A stretch of DNA of 64,000 bases from Patescibacteria group bacterium UBA3466 (GTDB lineage Bacteria; Patescibacteriota; Minisyncoccia; Phycocordibacterales; UBA918), in assembly GCA_002378195.1 (NCBI GenBank), contig DFRJ01000001.1, forward strand, positions 29,517 to 93,516, in the 5' to 3' direction. Numbering within the stretch: the stretch's first letter is position 1; the number at the start of each line of letters is the position of its first letter. The notes below the pieces were generated by a model. The model worked only from the letters and a program-made list of their open reading frames with translations. It was not told the DNA's origin and searched no databases. Below are positions 1 through 10,309 of the stretch, one piece after another. The translations under genes were made by a program, and so were the position numbers.

Positions 1-110
1 GTTGCGAGCACTAAGTACCTGTCGTCTCGGCTCGCGGTTCGTTGCGGCGGGTCAAAGCCGCGCCTCACATTGCTCCGCCCGGTGGCCGCTGTCAAAGCTA
101 ATCGCTTTAC
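1..110 (-). mobile_element. Structured gene-end element (partial, runs off window) downstream of fusA
   Basis: Reverse complement of 29-79 matches 43081-43132 at about 45/52 positions; reverse complement of 3-21 is identical to 51128-51146; 81-89 is complementary to the fusA 3' end (118-126). Confidence 0.6.
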
Positions 111-2273
111 CTATTCCGCGGCCACCCCTCTCGCCTTCTTAATTTCTTCAGCTACGTTTGGTGGTACTACTTCGTAGTGATCAAATTCCATCGTCATTGA
201 TGCTCGTCCTTGAGTCATTGATCGAAGGGTATTGGTGTAACCAAACATTTCTGATAGAGGAACTTTCGCATTAACGATAGTCTTTCCTCCTGCTTCTTCA
301 GTACCTTCGAGGATACCTCGTTTAGAGTTGATGTTTCCGTTTACGTCTCCCATGTATTCTTCTGGGGTTCGTACTTCAACCTTCATGATTGGCTCAAGGA
401 TAACTGGCTTCGCGCTGCCGGCGGCTTGCTTGAAAGCGTTGATTCCTGCTAGTTTGAAGGCGATTTCTGAAGAGTCGACATCGTGGTATGAACCATCGTA
501 TAGCTCAACCGAAACGTCTTCCATCTTGTATCCGGCAACAAAACCTCTCTCCATCGCTTCCCGACAACCCTTCATTACAGCTGGGATGTATTCCTGTGGA
601 ACCACACCTCCCTTAATGTTGTTGATGAATTCGAAGTGATCTTCTCGAGTAACATTCTTTGGCACTGTCTCATCTTCACCCAATGGTTCGAGTGGCTTGA
701 TGCGAATCTTAACGTGTCCGTACTGACCACGACCACCAGATTGCTTAACGTATTTCTCTTCACCTTCCGCTTCTTTCTGAATAGTTTCTCGGTAGGCTAC
801 TTGTGGCTGTCCGATGTTGGCCTCAACGCCAAACTCTCGCTTCATTCGGTCAACTAGAATGTCGAGGTGAAGTTCACCCATACCTGCGATGATAGTTTCA
901 AGAGTTTCTTCATCGGTAGATACTACGAAAGTTGGGTCTTCATCGGATAGTCGCTTCAAGGCAACACCCATCTTTTCTTGGTCGTTCTTGGTTTTTGGTT
1001 CTACTCGTACCGCTACCACTGGTGCTGGGAAGGTAATTGTTTCAAGAAGAATCGGGTTATCAAGATCACTCAAAGTGTGTGAAGTCTTCACTTCCTTGAT
1101 ACCTACCGCTGCAGCAATTTCTCCAGCGTACACTTCTTCTACTTCTTCTCGCTTGTCAGCCATCAGTCGTACGATTCGTCCGACACGTTCTTTTTGTCCG
1201 GTTGAAGCATTAAGAATGTATGAACCTGACTTCACTACTCCTGAGTACACACGGAAGAAAGCCAGCTGTCCAACGAACTTGTCGTCTTGCAGTTTGAAGA
1301 CAAGAGCTGAAAGTGGTTCTTCGTCAGAAGCCTTGCGGGCAATCTTGGTTTCTTCATCATTAGGATCTGTTCCTTCAGTGTCTGGTAGGTCGAGTGGTGA
1401 AGGAAGGTAATCTACCACTGCGTCTAGCACCAATTGCACACCGATGTTTTGTAGGGCAGTACCAGTCATAACTGGGAAAATTTCGTTTGCGAGTACAGCC
1501 TTTCGAAGTGTTGCCTTCAATTGTTCTGTAGTTGGCTCTTCGCCGCCCAGGTATGCTTCCATCAAAGCGTCATCGTGTTCTACTACTCGTTCGATAAGTT
1601 CTGCTCGACGAGTTTCAGCTTCGGCCTTGAATTCTTCTGGGATTTCGTCTTCCTTCACTTCCATTCCCATTTCGCCTTCAAAGTAGTACGCCTTCATAGT
1701 AATAAGGTCTACTACACCCTTCATGTCGTTTTCTGCTCCCATTGGGATTTGGATTCGACACGCTTTCTTTGATAGTCGTTCTTCGATTGACTTCACGGCA
1801 GCGTCAAAGTCAGCCCCCAGCTTGTCCATCTTGTTTACAAAACAAATTCGTGGCACGTTCGCTTCGTCAGCATAACCCCAGTTGGTTTCAGTTTGTGGCT
1901 CTACTCCAGCTGCACCGTCAAATACTACAACCGCACCGTCGAGTACACGCATCGATCGCTTTACTTCGGCCGTAAAGTCGATGTGTCCCGGAGTATCGAT
2001 GATGTTGAAAGTGAACATCTTGTCCTTGTTGGTTCGGTCAGTTTCTAGAGTCTTTGACCAGTTACAAGAAATAGCCGCCGCGGTAATAGTAATACCTCGT
2101 TCTCGCTCTTGTTCCATCCAGTCGGTAACAGTCTCACCATCGTGCACCTCACCGATCTTGTGACTCATTCCAGTGTAGAAAAGAATTCTTTCTGAGGTTG
2201 TAGTCTTACCTGCGTCTACGTGAGCAACGATTCCGAAGTTACGTAGTTTTTCGAGAGGAAATTCTCGTGCCAT
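111..2273 (-). CDS. fusA: Elongation factor G
   Basis: RNFGIVAHVDAGKTT, EQERERGITI, IDTPGH and NKMD G-domain motifs; 720 aa. Confidence 0.99.
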   Translation of the reverse strand: MAREFPLEKLRNFGIVAHVDAGKTTTSERILFYTGMSHKIGEVHDGETVTDWMEQERERGITITAAAISCNWSKTLETDRTNKDKMFTFNIIDTPGHIDFTAEVKRSMRVLDGAVVVFDGAAGVEPQTETNWGYADEANVPRICFVNKMDKLGADFDAAVKSIEERLSKKACRIQIPMGAENDMKGVVDLITMKAYYFEGEMGMEVKEDEIPEEFKAEAETRRAELIERVVEHDDALMEAYLGGEEPTTEQLKATLRKAVLANEIFPVMTGTALQNIGVQLVLDAVVDYLPSPLDLPDTEGTDPNDEETKIARKASDEEPLSALVFKLQDDKFVGQLAFFRVYSGVVKSGSYILNASTGQKERVGRIVRLMADKREEVEEVYAGEIAAAVGIKEVKTSHTLSDLDNPILLETITFPAPVVAVRVEPKTKNDQEKMGVALKRLSDEDPTFVVSTDEETLETIIAGMGELHLDILVDRMKREFGVEANIGQPQVAYRETIQKEAEGEEKYVKQSGGRGQYGHVKIRIKPLEPLGEDETVPKNVTREDHFEFINNIKGGVVPQEYIPAVMKGCREAMERGFVAGYKMEDVSVELYDGSYHDVDSSEIAFKLAGINAFKQAAGSAKPVILEPIMKVEVRTPEEYMGDVNGNINSKRGILEGTEEAGGKTIVNAKVPLSEMFGYTNTLRSMTQGRASMTMEFDHYEVVPPNVAEEIKKARGVAAE

Positions 2274-2421
2274 AAATATTAATTACTTATATATGTATAA
2301 ATTTACCTTCCTATAGATCCCAAATATGCTTTGCGTCGATAGAAAAAATTGCCCAAAGGCAAGTTGGCGATACTATACGTCAAAGACCCAGAAACTTCAA
2401 CCAAAATTTTATATAAAAACA

Positions 2422-2450
2422 TTGACAAATTACTATTCTTGTGATAATAA
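2422..2450 (+). promoter_or_regulatory. Putative sigma70 promoter
   Basis: TTGACA at 2422 with TGATAAT downstream; AAGGAGG RBS before ATG 2487. Confidence 0.45.
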
Positions 2451-2486
2451 ATATATAGTTTGTACATCAAAATCTAAGGAGGAAGC

Positions 2487-2993
2487 ATGACAAACAACCT
2501 GCCCGCAGCAACGGTGTCCCGCAGCCTTGAGATAGCAGTCGCTCAAATTGATGTGTCCGGGCAACATCTGCTTAGACTGGTCAAAGACTTTAGTCTAACC
2601 GAGGCCAATGTCTATGACATGATTGAGATCGTTCTCGAACACGGAGCAAAACCACGGAGAATCCTGGAGCTTTCACGTGACCACGACTGCAATCTGCAGC
2701 TGGTTGACATGATCTACTCCGTTAGAAATGTACTGAGTAGTAAGGAAGACACACTGTCGCTCGAATTACTCGGTCGGCTGATCGCCCAGTACGGTGATTA
2801 CATCGACCTGAGTTCGGAGTCAGGTCTTCTGGATTTTGTTCGACAGATACTCGACGCCTCGGACGAGAAGTACATGGGTACAGCAATTACCAAATTCATG
2901 CTGATGGCTGAAGAATACGGTAACGATGATCCCCTCTTTCTACTTCAAATGCTTGAAGATGGGTTTATATATTCCCTAAATCAAGCAGTCTAA
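2487..2993 (+). CDS. Hypothetical protein
   Basis: 168-aa ORF with strong SD (AAGGAGG) and upstream promoter. Confidence 0.7.
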   Translation: MTNNLPAATVSRSLEIAVAQIDVSGQHLLRLVKDFSLTEANVYDMIEIVLEHGAKPRRILELSRDHDCNLQLVDMIYSVRNVLSSKEDTLSLELLGRLIAQYGDYIDLSSESGLLDFVRQILDASDEKYMGTAITKFMLMAEEYGNDDPLFLLQMLEDGFIYSLNQAV

Positions 2994-3045
2994 GTTTTCG
3001 GAGCGTCTCTCAATGAGGCGCTCCCTTTGCCAAAGGGAGATACGT

Positions 3046-3954
3046 ATGGCAAGCAATAATCCTTTTGCGATAATTGGACTAAGCCCAGATGCAATGAGAG
3101 GTCTGTCTAACGCACAAATTAAGAAGGTTATTAAAAACCTTGTGAGAGGTTTGCAGTCTGTCCACCATGAAGATGTTGGTGGTAAGCCAGGCAAAATGTC
3201 AGAGATCAACGTTGCCGTTGACGCTCTGTCAGATCCAAAAGCTTTTGATAGGTACAAGAAGAAATACCTACACAAGTCTCCTCAGAAGAAAAAGATCTCT
3301 GAACTAGAGAACCAACTTAGGGAGACAGAAAAGGCTAGCCTGGAAGAAGCTAATCGACTTTGGGCATACATCACAACCCTCACGGGGCATAACATTTATG
3401 AAGGAGCGACTATTGTCTCTGCTCGAAATGTGTATGTAAGTGACGACGTGACCCAAATCAAGAGAAGATTCCTCCGGGGAACAGACTGGCATAAAATGGA
3501 TTCTCAGATTGAAGCATATACTTTTTACCGTATGTCCATAGAAACGGGCGTACTCACAAAAGAGTTTCTTCAGCAGTCTAGCCCTACATCGCCAGTTGAA
3601 ATTTTTCTTACTCGGAATGAATCAAGCGACGAAAGAGTTATTGTTGGATGTCTTAGCGAATCTGAAATCCGTAAACTCGGTGGTAGGGAATCAGTTCTCT
3701 TCTTACTACAGGGCGCGCGGGAAATTCCTAATGAGGGTATTGCCAAATTATCTGGTCTCGCCAGAGATAGGATCATTACCAATGAGTATCACGTCGACAA
3801 TTTTAAGGTAATTCTGCCTTTGTTGTCTCCAGAGATTACCATTGGCGGCATGCTTTTTTCTTTAGTGATTAATCCTAACGGTCTTAATCATATTGAATAC
3901 GATGGAAGAGTGGTCAATAGGCCAATAAACATCAGTAAGTATGGCTGGTTGTAG
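3046..3954 (+). CDS. Protein with N-terminal J-domain-like region (HPD replaced by HED)
   Basis: NPFAIIGLSPDA...VHHEDVGG...MSEINVAVDALSDP resembles the DnaJ J-domain; AAGGGAG before ATG 3046. Confidence 0.6.
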   Translation: MASNNPFAIIGLSPDAMRGLSNAQIKKVIKNLVRGLQSVHHEDVGGKPGKMSEINVAVDALSDPKAFDRYKKKYLHKSPQKKKISELENQLRETEKASLEEANRLWAYITTLTGHNIYEGATIVSARNVYVSDDVTQIKRRFLRGTDWHKMDSQIEAYTFYRMSIETGVLTKEFLQQSSPTSPVEIFLTRNESSDERVIVGCLSESEIRKLGGRESVLFLLQGAREIPNEGIAKLSGLARDRIITNEYHVDNFKVILPLLSPEITIGGMLFSLVINPNGLNHIEYDGRVVNRPINISKYGWL

Positions 3955-4000
3955 CACCACCTATTCAAATGGCGCTTTTGTTAAGCGCCTTTTTTCTTTT

Positions 4001-5332
4001 CTACCACCCCAACTTCTTCATTGCTTCGAAGACCCGGGCAAAGCCAGCGATATTCGCACCATTTACATAATCAATGTTTCCATCTTTGTCTTTTCCATAC
4101 TTCACACACTGATCGTGAATCTTGCCCATAATTTTTTTCAATTCTGCTTCCACCTCTTCACAACTCCATGCGTAGTGAGCAGCGTTTTGAGCCATCTCAA
4201 TTCCAGACACCGTTACCCCTCCCGCATTGGCTGCTTTACCAGGTGCAAACAGAGTTTTGTTTTCTCGCACTACTTCTACAGCTTCGTCATCAAGCGGCAT
4301 ATTTGCCCCCTCAACTATGAACTTGGCATGCTTAATCATTGCTCGAGCATCAACGCCGCTAACCTCGTTCTGTGTAGCGCAAGAAAAATATGCGTCGGCT
4401 GCTACTTGCTGCCAGGGCTTTCCTTCTTTGTATACAGCGCCATTAATCACAATTTCGCTCATATTTTTGCCGTTACCACGAGCCTCCACTATCGTATCTA
4501 CATCTTTATGAGTCAGGCCATCTTCCTTAAAGATAAAGCCACACCGATCAGACATAGTCATCACTTTCACGCCAAAGTCTGTTAGTTTCTTTGCAGTATG
4601 TGATGCCACATTACCGGCGCCCGACACTACAGCCGTAAGGCCTTTCATTTCAATATTATTTGCTTTGGCCAACGCTTCGGTGAAATACACCACCCCATTT
4701 CCCGTCGCTTCAGTCCGTCGACACGACCCTCCGAAAAGCTCATCCTTACCGGTTAGCACTCCCTCATTTCGATTAGTAATCTCTTTGTACATGCCGTACA
4801 TGTAACCTATCTCTCGCCCTCCTACTCCGATGTCTCCAGCGGGCACATCAGTTTCAATTCCAATATGGCGATACAATTCGAGGATAAACGCTCGGCAAAA
4901 AGATCGTATTTCGTTATCGCTCCTCCCTCGGGGATCAAAATCACTTCCACCCTTACCGCCCCCGAGACGAAGACCTGTAAGAGAATTTTTAAAGATTTGT
5001 TCAAAGCCCAAGAACTTCAAAACGTCTTCATTTACTGACGGGTCAAATCGCAATCCTCCTTTATACGGACCAAGAGCTGAGTTGAATTGCACCCGATAAC
5101 CAGTATTAATCTGTCGTTTCCCCTCATCATCTGTCCAAGTGACTTTGAAAGAAATGATTCGCTCTGGTTCGGTCATCCGTCGTATCAAATGGTAATCCTC
5201 ATCTGAAAAATCATGGTCGGTGACATAACCATCGATACTTTCATATACTTCTTTTACTGTCTGCAAGAAGGTTTTTTGGTGTGAGTGCTTTTCAAGCAAA
5301 TCACTATAGATGGCTTGTAGTTCGGTATTCAT
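4001..5332 (-). CDS. gdhA: NADP-specific glutamate dehydrogenase
   Basis: GYRVQFNSALGPYKGGLRF, GGGKGGSDFDP, VPAGDIGVGGREIG, EGANMP. Confidence 0.95.
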   Translation of the reverse strand: MNTELQAIYSDLLEKHSHQKTFLQTVKEVYESIDGYVTDHDFSDEDYHLIRRMTEPERIISFKVTWTDDEGKRQINTGYRVQFNSALGPYKGGLRFDPSVNEDVLKFLGFEQIFKNSLTGLRLGGGKGGSDFDPRGRSDNEIRSFCRAFILELYRHIGIETDVPAGDIGVGGREIGYMYGMYKEITNRNEGVLTGKDELFGGSCRRTEATGNGVVYFTEALAKANNIEMKGLTAVVSGAGNVASHTAKKLTDFGVKVMTMSDRCGFIFKEDGLTHKDVDTIVEARGNGKNMSEIVINGAVYKEGKPWQQVAADAYFSCATQNEVSGVDARAMIKHAKFIVEGANMPLDDEAVEVVRENKTLFAPGKAANAGGVTVSGIEMAQNAAHYAWSCEEVEAELKKIMGKIHDQCVKYGKDKDGNIDYVNGANIAGFARVFEAMKKLGW

Positions 5333-5484
5333 ATTTGGTAAGTATAACTGATTTTTAACTACTTGAATTACACACTGAAATAAACTTCCGTTATATCCGT
5401 ATGTAAAGTAGACTTAACATCAATGCAAGGACACTGCATATATATACTTACTCAAAATCAGTAATAATATTTCATCCCCAAACA

Positions 5485-5691
5485 ATGAAAGAGAACATCA
5501 GTAATCAAGTGCAAGAGCTTCGGAAGCAGGCAAAATTAACGCAAGTTGAGCTAGCTGAGACAGTCGGTGTTACCAGACAGACAATCATCTCGATTGAGAA
5601 AGGTAACTACGTACCGTCGATTGCCCTGGCCCTGAAGCTCGCTCAAGCTTTTAACACTTCAGTGGAAGAAATTTTTTATCTAAATAATTAA
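5485..5691 (+). CDS. XRE-family HTH transcriptional regulator
   Basis: LTQVELAETVGVTRQTIISIEKGNYVPS. Confidence 0.9.
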   Translation: MKENISNQVQELRKQAKLTQVELAETVGVTRQTIISIEKGNYVPSIALALKLAQAFNTSVEEIFYLNN

Positions 5692-5697
5692 ACGTCT

Positions 5698-6054
5698 ATG
5701 ACCAAACACGCCATCCTACCAATCGTTGTATCTTTGCTCGCCCTAGCCTTTGTTGATCCATTTATGTACTGGATGCCGAGCCATTCAACATGGTTTTTAC
5801 TTGGGGCACTATTTCTAACCACAGTGATTTACGGTTTTTTTATCATGACCGAACGAGTCAGCGATGAACGTGAAGTATCGATCCGAGCTTTTTCCGACCG
5901 AGTATCGAGCCTGGTCGGGATGGCTCTCCTGGTCATTGTCATTGCCTGCCAAGCCTTCAAAGGAGGCGTCGTCTCTACCGAAGTGGCCGTGATTTTGGTA
6001 ACGATGATTATTTCCAAGTCCGCTGCTCAGTGGTGGGCTAATCACAAGATGTAA
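5698..6054 (+). CDS. Membrane protein (DUF2178-like)
   Basis: Four hydrophobic segments with a DERE motif; follows the XRE gene. Confidence 0.65.
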   Translation: MTKHAILPIVVSLLALAFVDPFMYWMPSHSTWFLLGALFLTTVIYGFFIMTERVSDEREVSIRAFSDRVSSLVGMALLVIVIACQAFKGGVVSTEVAVILVTMIISKSAAQWWANHKM

Positions 6055-6058
6055 CAAT

Positions 6059-8143
6059 ATGAACGAAACTAAAAAATACGACATCGTAGTAATCGGAGCT
6101 GGTTCGGGTGGACTAACTTCAGCAGTAGGTTTTTCAAAGATTGGCAAGAAGGTGCTCCTGATAGAAAAAGAACACATGGGTGGCGAATGCACCAACTCTG
6201 GCTGTATTCCTTCGAAAGCACTTTTGCATCACGCGAAAGCATACCACCAGGCTCTGAAGGTGGCAGGAGGTGGCGCGAAAAGCGAAGCTTTTCGCGCCGA
6301 CGCATTTACCTATGTGCGAAACACCATTAACAACATTCTAAAAGAAGAAACCCCCGAAACCTTCGAAAAGATGGGTATTGATGTGGTGATGGGGGAAGCT
6401 GAATTTATCTCAAAGTGTTCAGTCAAAGTCGGTGATATGGTGTACGGATACAAGCGCGCGATAATTGCTACTGGTTCCCATCCGCGAAACCTAGAGATTG
6501 ATGGACTTAGTAAAACTGATGTACTCACTAATCAAAACATCTTTGATCTCGATGAGGCTCCAAAAAGTCTACTCGTAATTGGAGCCGGTCCGATTGGACT
6601 AGAAATGGGACAGGCTATGGCCATGCTCGGCAGCCGAGTCACCATAGCCACCATCGATAATGAATTTGGTAGATTAGAAGACAAAGCTATTCGACCAAAA
6701 CTAAAAGCAGCCTTCACAGATCTAGGAATAAACATCAAGCTCTCTGCCTTTATCAAAAAAGTCGAAGGTAAAGAAGCTATCTTTGAAATTAAAGACGGTG
6801 ACCAAGTAGTGCGAGAAGAACGAGTGACGTTTGATAAGGTCCTCATCGCTGTCGGACGAGTACCCAACCTGCCACCCGGACTAGAGGCAGCTGGCATCAA
6901 GCATGACGATCGCTGCATCATGGTCGACAGCCAGCATCGCACATCAAACAAATACGTGTTTGCTCTTGGTGACGTTGCGCAGCGCCTGAAGTTTACTCAC
7001 ACCGCTGATGATACTGCGCGGCAAGTAGTGACTCATGTCGCTAGTAAGGGTCTAGTGCGAGTAAACAAAAAGAAGGCGGTGCCGAAGGTTACCTACACTT
7101 CGCCCGAAGTCGCTCAAGTCGGCATGTCAGAGGCAGCAGCTGACGCCAAGTTTGGTACCGACCGCATCATGCGCATTGAAGTCCCATTTTCAACCAATGA
7201 TCGCGCCAAGACCGACGAGGCCACTGACGGTATGTTGGTAGTAACCGCCCGACGTCTCAATGGAGCAGTGCTCGGTGCCCACATCATTGGGCCAGCGGCT
7301 GGTGAATTGATTACAATCTTTACTCTGGCCATTGATGAAAAAATCTCGCTCTGGAAATTGCAGAAATTAATTTACGCCTACCCGACTTATTCGTTGACAG
7401 TTAAAAAAGCTGGCGACTATTTTGTAGCTCAACAGTTAAAGGATATTAAGGTCGATATTAAAAAAGCTATTAAACGAGCGCTTCCAAAAATTATTGCAGG
7501 CGTGTTCTGGGCGGCTTTGATTTATCTATTTCAAAGTTATCGTATCGAAAATAATTTATCGTACAAAGATGTCCTGTTTGAACTAATTCACTTTTTCACT
7601 AGTACAGCCTGGGGTCCTTTGGTATACATTGTGTTATACGCCGTTCGTCCACTGATATTGTTTCCCGCCACCCTGCTCACTGCTCTGTCAGGGGCACTGT
7701 TTGGTTTGTGGTGGGGTATTATTTTCACTGTCATCGGAGAAAATGCTTCGGCCAACTTTGCTTACTGGATTGGGCGTTTCTTTGGTAAAGACTTGAAACT
7801 AGAAGACACCATTATTGGTAACTGGGTTGAAAAATTACGCAGTAACAGTTTTGAAGCTGTCCTCTTAATGCGCCTCTTCTATTTCCCATTCGATCTAACT
7901 AACTACGGTTCTGGTGTAGTTAAGGCAAAATGGAACGAGTACTTCTTCGCTACCCTCATTGGCATCATGCCGGGGCTGACCACTTTTGTTGCTCTTGGAG
8001 CAGCAGTTGATTTGGAGGAATTCCGTACCATGGGACTAACCTTCGACGCCTTAGATCCAAAATTCTTGGCTTTATCTGTCACAATTTTTATCACTTCTCT
8101 ATTTTTATCCAAATTCCTAAAACGCTGGAAAGCGGAGATGTAA
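6059..8143 (+). CDS. Pyridine nucleotide-disulfide oxidoreductase fused to a C-terminal DedA/VTT membrane domain
   Basis: GAGSGG FAD motif, GGECTNSGCIPSK redox disulfide, GAGPIG; C-terminal FPAT...GALFG...RL..FPF...NY DedA/TVP38 motifs. Confidence 0.85.
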   Translation: MNETKKYDIVVIGAGSGGLTSAVGFSKIGKKVLLIEKEHMGGECTNSGCIPSKALLHHAKAYHQALKVAGGGAKSEAFRADAFTYVRNTINNILKEETPETFEKMGIDVVMGEAEFISKCSVKVGDMVYGYKRAIIATGSHPRNLEIDGLSKTDVLTNQNIFDLDEAPKSLLVIGAGPIGLEMGQAMAMLGSRVTIATIDNEFGRLEDKAIRPKLKAAFTDLGINIKLSAFIKKVEGKEAIFEIKDGDQVVREERVTFDKVLIAVGRVPNLPPGLEAAGIKHDDRCIMVDSQHRTSNKYVFALGDVAQRLKFTHTADDTARQVVTHVASKGLVRVNKKKAVPKVTYTSPEVAQVGMSEAAADAKFGTDRIMRIEVPFSTNDRAKTDEATDGMLVVTARRLNGAVLGAHIIGPAAGELITIFTLAIDEKISLWKLQKLIYAYPTYSLTVKKAGDYFVAQQLKDIKVDIKKAIKRALPKIIAGVFWAALIYLFQSYRIENNLSYKDVLFELIHFFTSTAWGPLVYIVLYAVRPLILFPATLLTALSGALFGLWWGIIFTVIGENASANFAYWIGRFFGKDLKLEDTIIGNWVEKLRSNSFEAVLLMRLFYFPFDLTNYGSGVVKAKWNEYFFATLIGIMPGLTTFVALGAAVDLEEFRTMGLTFDALDPKFLALSVTIFITSLFLSKFLKRWKAEM

Positions 8144-8148
8144 AAACC

Positions 8149-8232
8149 AAAAGGCCGGCGCGCGACCAAATTTTTAAGGAGTTTACGACTATAAAAATGG
8201 AAGTACTCTTGTGGTGAAGGCGCCGGCCTTTT
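8149..8232. terminator. AAAAGGCCGGCG/CGCCGGCCTTTT hairpin with an extra ~50-bp internal segment
   Basis: Inverted arms flanked by A/T tracts between convergent genes. Confidence 0.6.
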
Positions 8233-8235
8233 AGT

Positions 8236-8535
8236 TTACAAAATTTTTATTGAAAAACTTACTTCTTCACCCGCACTGATATCTTCATCTCGCCTGACCT
8301 TAGCTTTCACTGGAAGAATAAATGACTCGGCTGGTTTGCTATAAAACATTGAGGTCTTCCAGACCATCTGGCCGATCTTCACCTCAACTTTAATCGAAGC
8401 AAAACCTTTTAGACTAGACCCAAAGTCATTCCGAATCTTTTGTCCGTCTTTTTTAGGTATAGATAAAAAATGCCAATTCGCAGACTCCCCTGGCCACAGC
8501 CAGAGCTTTTGCTTAAATTGATAATTTCGTTTCAT
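8236..8535 (-). CDS. DUF1905 domain protein
   Basis: W-H-F..P, V.V.IG...WKTS.F, ILPVKAKVR pattern. Confidence 0.75.
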   Translation of the reverse strand: MKRNYQFKQKLWLWPGESANWHFLSIPKKDGQKIRNDFGSSLKGFASIKVEVKIGQMVWKTSMFYSKPAESFILPVKAKVRRDEDISAGEEVSFSIKIL

Positions 8536-8536
8536 C

Positions 8537-9472
8537 CTAATTTACCTCAAGCAGATCCCCCGACTCTAAAGCCGGTGGCAATGTTTCACCTCCGACCCCT
8601 GGCGCTTCACAGATCATTGAACATACGTCCATACACATCTCCGCCTCAGGACCACAAGCGCTACCGCACTCATTAAAAAGGCCGCCCTTCATCTCACAAT
8701 CTGATCTATACTCTTCCATCTGACTTACATCTTCACCATAGCGAATCGGGAAAGGAGACCAGGGATCATCAATCACTTCGACATATCTCTGACCGTTGTG
8801 AACACACTGACGTGGATAAGATTCCATGACAGGGTTACCGGCGGCAACACAATCAACGAACGAATCTACTTCCAAAGAATCCCCCGACGGACACTCAGCA
8901 AACTCACAGTTTGGACCGGTCCTCCCAACAAAAGAGCCGTCAGGGCACATCATGGCATCGGCCGTACAAGCCACCGGCTGTGAGCCGTAATGTGGCGGTA
9001 ACACAGCGGGCTCTTTTAATTTATCGATCAGATCATCAGCTGTTATATCCTTGGTGCGAATATCTAAGCGGGTAGTGACATTACTCATGATGGCGTTGTA
9101 GCCCGCTTGTGTAAGCGCACCGGCTGCAGAGTGCGGCATTGTCTCACCCTCTAAGTCGTGTACCACTTGCTCTCGTTCATGTACATATATACCAATTTCT
9201 GCTTCGGCTCGATCAAAATCTGCTGGAATCAAGCCAGGCAATACTTCCATCAGCATAGCTGGCTCAACCCCTTCAATTGGTTGTCCTAGCTCGGATATTA
9301 CCAACTCTTCTGCGGCCACCTTAAACTGCTCTGACTTTGATGGTTGTTTCACCGCTTCAGCTGGCGTCTTTTCAGGTTGGTCGAAATGATATTTCTCTAT
9401 AAGCTGCCAAAACACCAACGCCATAAAAGCCAAAATTATAAAACCGGAAATTATCTCAAGAGTTTTTTTCAT
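8537..9472 (-). CDS. Membrane-anchored protein with cysteine-rich motifs
   Basis: N-terminal TM; CTADAMMCPDGSFVGRTGPNCEFAEC and DCVAAGNPVMESYPRQC motifs. Confidence 0.75.
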   Translation of the reverse strand: MKKTLEIISGFIILAFMALVFWQLIEKYHFDQPEKTPAEAVKQPSKSEQFKVAAEELVISELGQPIEGVEPAMLMEVLPGLIPADFDRAEAEIGIYVHEREQVVHDLEGETMPHSAAGALTQAGYNAIMSNVTTRLDIRTKDITADDLIDKLKEPAVLPPHYGSQPVACTADAMMCPDGSFVGRTGPNCEFAECPSGDSLEVDSFVDCVAAGNPVMESYPRQCVHNGQRYVEVIDDPWSPFPIRYGEDVSQMEEYRSDCEMKGGLFNECGSACGPEAEMCMDVCSMICEAPGVGGETLPPALESGDLLEVN

Positions 9473-9626
9473 ACTACTAATGATGCCTCCAATTATTTTT
9501 TACGCAAGCTCAGTATGCACTTAATCATGACGAGAACTCTCTGCTTTACAAAGCTTTCACCTCCCCTCTACCGACACCTATTTTTTCTGGCTTCTATGTC
9601 AATCGATTGACATAGAAGAGTAGGTA

Positions 9627-9896
9627 TTACAAATCGGCGCCGACCAAATTTTCTTTTTGGTCTCGGGTGAGCTGTTTGAGTTCGTACTCTCGCTTCATAG
9701 CCGAGCTCTTATCGGCTACTTCTTCGCAGTAGTGTAGAGTTACTGGTCGACGACCACGCGTGTACTTGGCCCCGACTCCCTGCCCTGCTTCTCCATTGTG
9801 GACCTTTAGCCGATTCTCAATATCGTTTGTATAACCACAATAGAAAGTGCCGTCGCTACACTTGAGTAGGTAAACAAAAAATTTATTCTTCTTCAT
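9627..9896 (-). CDS. GIY-YIG nuclease family protein (YazA/UPF0213-like)
   Basis: FVYLLKCSDGTFYCGYT...RLKVHN...GAKYTRGRRPV. Confidence 0.9.
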   Translation of the reverse strand: MKKNKFFVYLLKCSDGTFYCGYTNDIENRLKVHNGEAGQGVGAKYTRGRRPVTLHYCEEVADKSSAMKREYELKQLTRDQKENLVGADL

Positions 9897-10167
9897 TATC
9901 TTTCTTGCCCCATTGCCACTTAGGCTTTTGGCCAGTTCGCACCACGATTACTAAAAATAAAATAGTGACTATAGCGAAATCCACCAGGAACACCCTCGGG
10001 TCAGGTTCAGTAAAAGCAATGTAAATAATGGTAGCCATGTACAGCAAGGTAATGGCCCAACCCTGCCAGCGCGCTGGTGTCCAACCCCACCCGTAAAGCT
10101 TTCGCTTAAACCAATAACCCTCCGGATTATCTTTTAAATAGTCGATATGATCTTTAAAAATTCCCAT
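9883..10167 (-). CDS. Small membrane protein
   Basis: YWFKRKLYGWGWTPARWQGW motif plus two TM helices. Confidence 0.7.
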   Translation of the reverse strand: MGIFKDHIDYLKDNPEGYWFKRKLYGWGWTPARWQGWAITLLYMATIIYIAFTEPDPRVFLVDFAIVTILFLVIVVRTGQKPKWQWGKKDNEEE

Positions 10168-10309
10168 TACTAAAATGGTAGCATGTTTTGACGATCTGCA
10201 AGTCATTACTTTCAACTCGAATCACACACTCCTTGCACGCCCAGTCAAACCCTCCCGTATATAGTCGTTATTCTCTGAGTTACAGTTAATAACTTTAATT
10301 CTAGTACTG

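Noticed and set aside
328..2163. Plus-strand ORFs inside fusA, and similar shadow ORFs elsewhere
   Set aside because: Antisense or overlapping frames of well-supported genes.
6059..8143. merA mercury resistance
   Set aside because: No C-terminal Cys-Cys pair, no NmerA domain and no mer operon genes.
9627..9896. GIY-YIG gene as the mobiliser of the elements
   Set aside because: It is a standalone YazA-type small nuclease, not flanked by any of the repeats.
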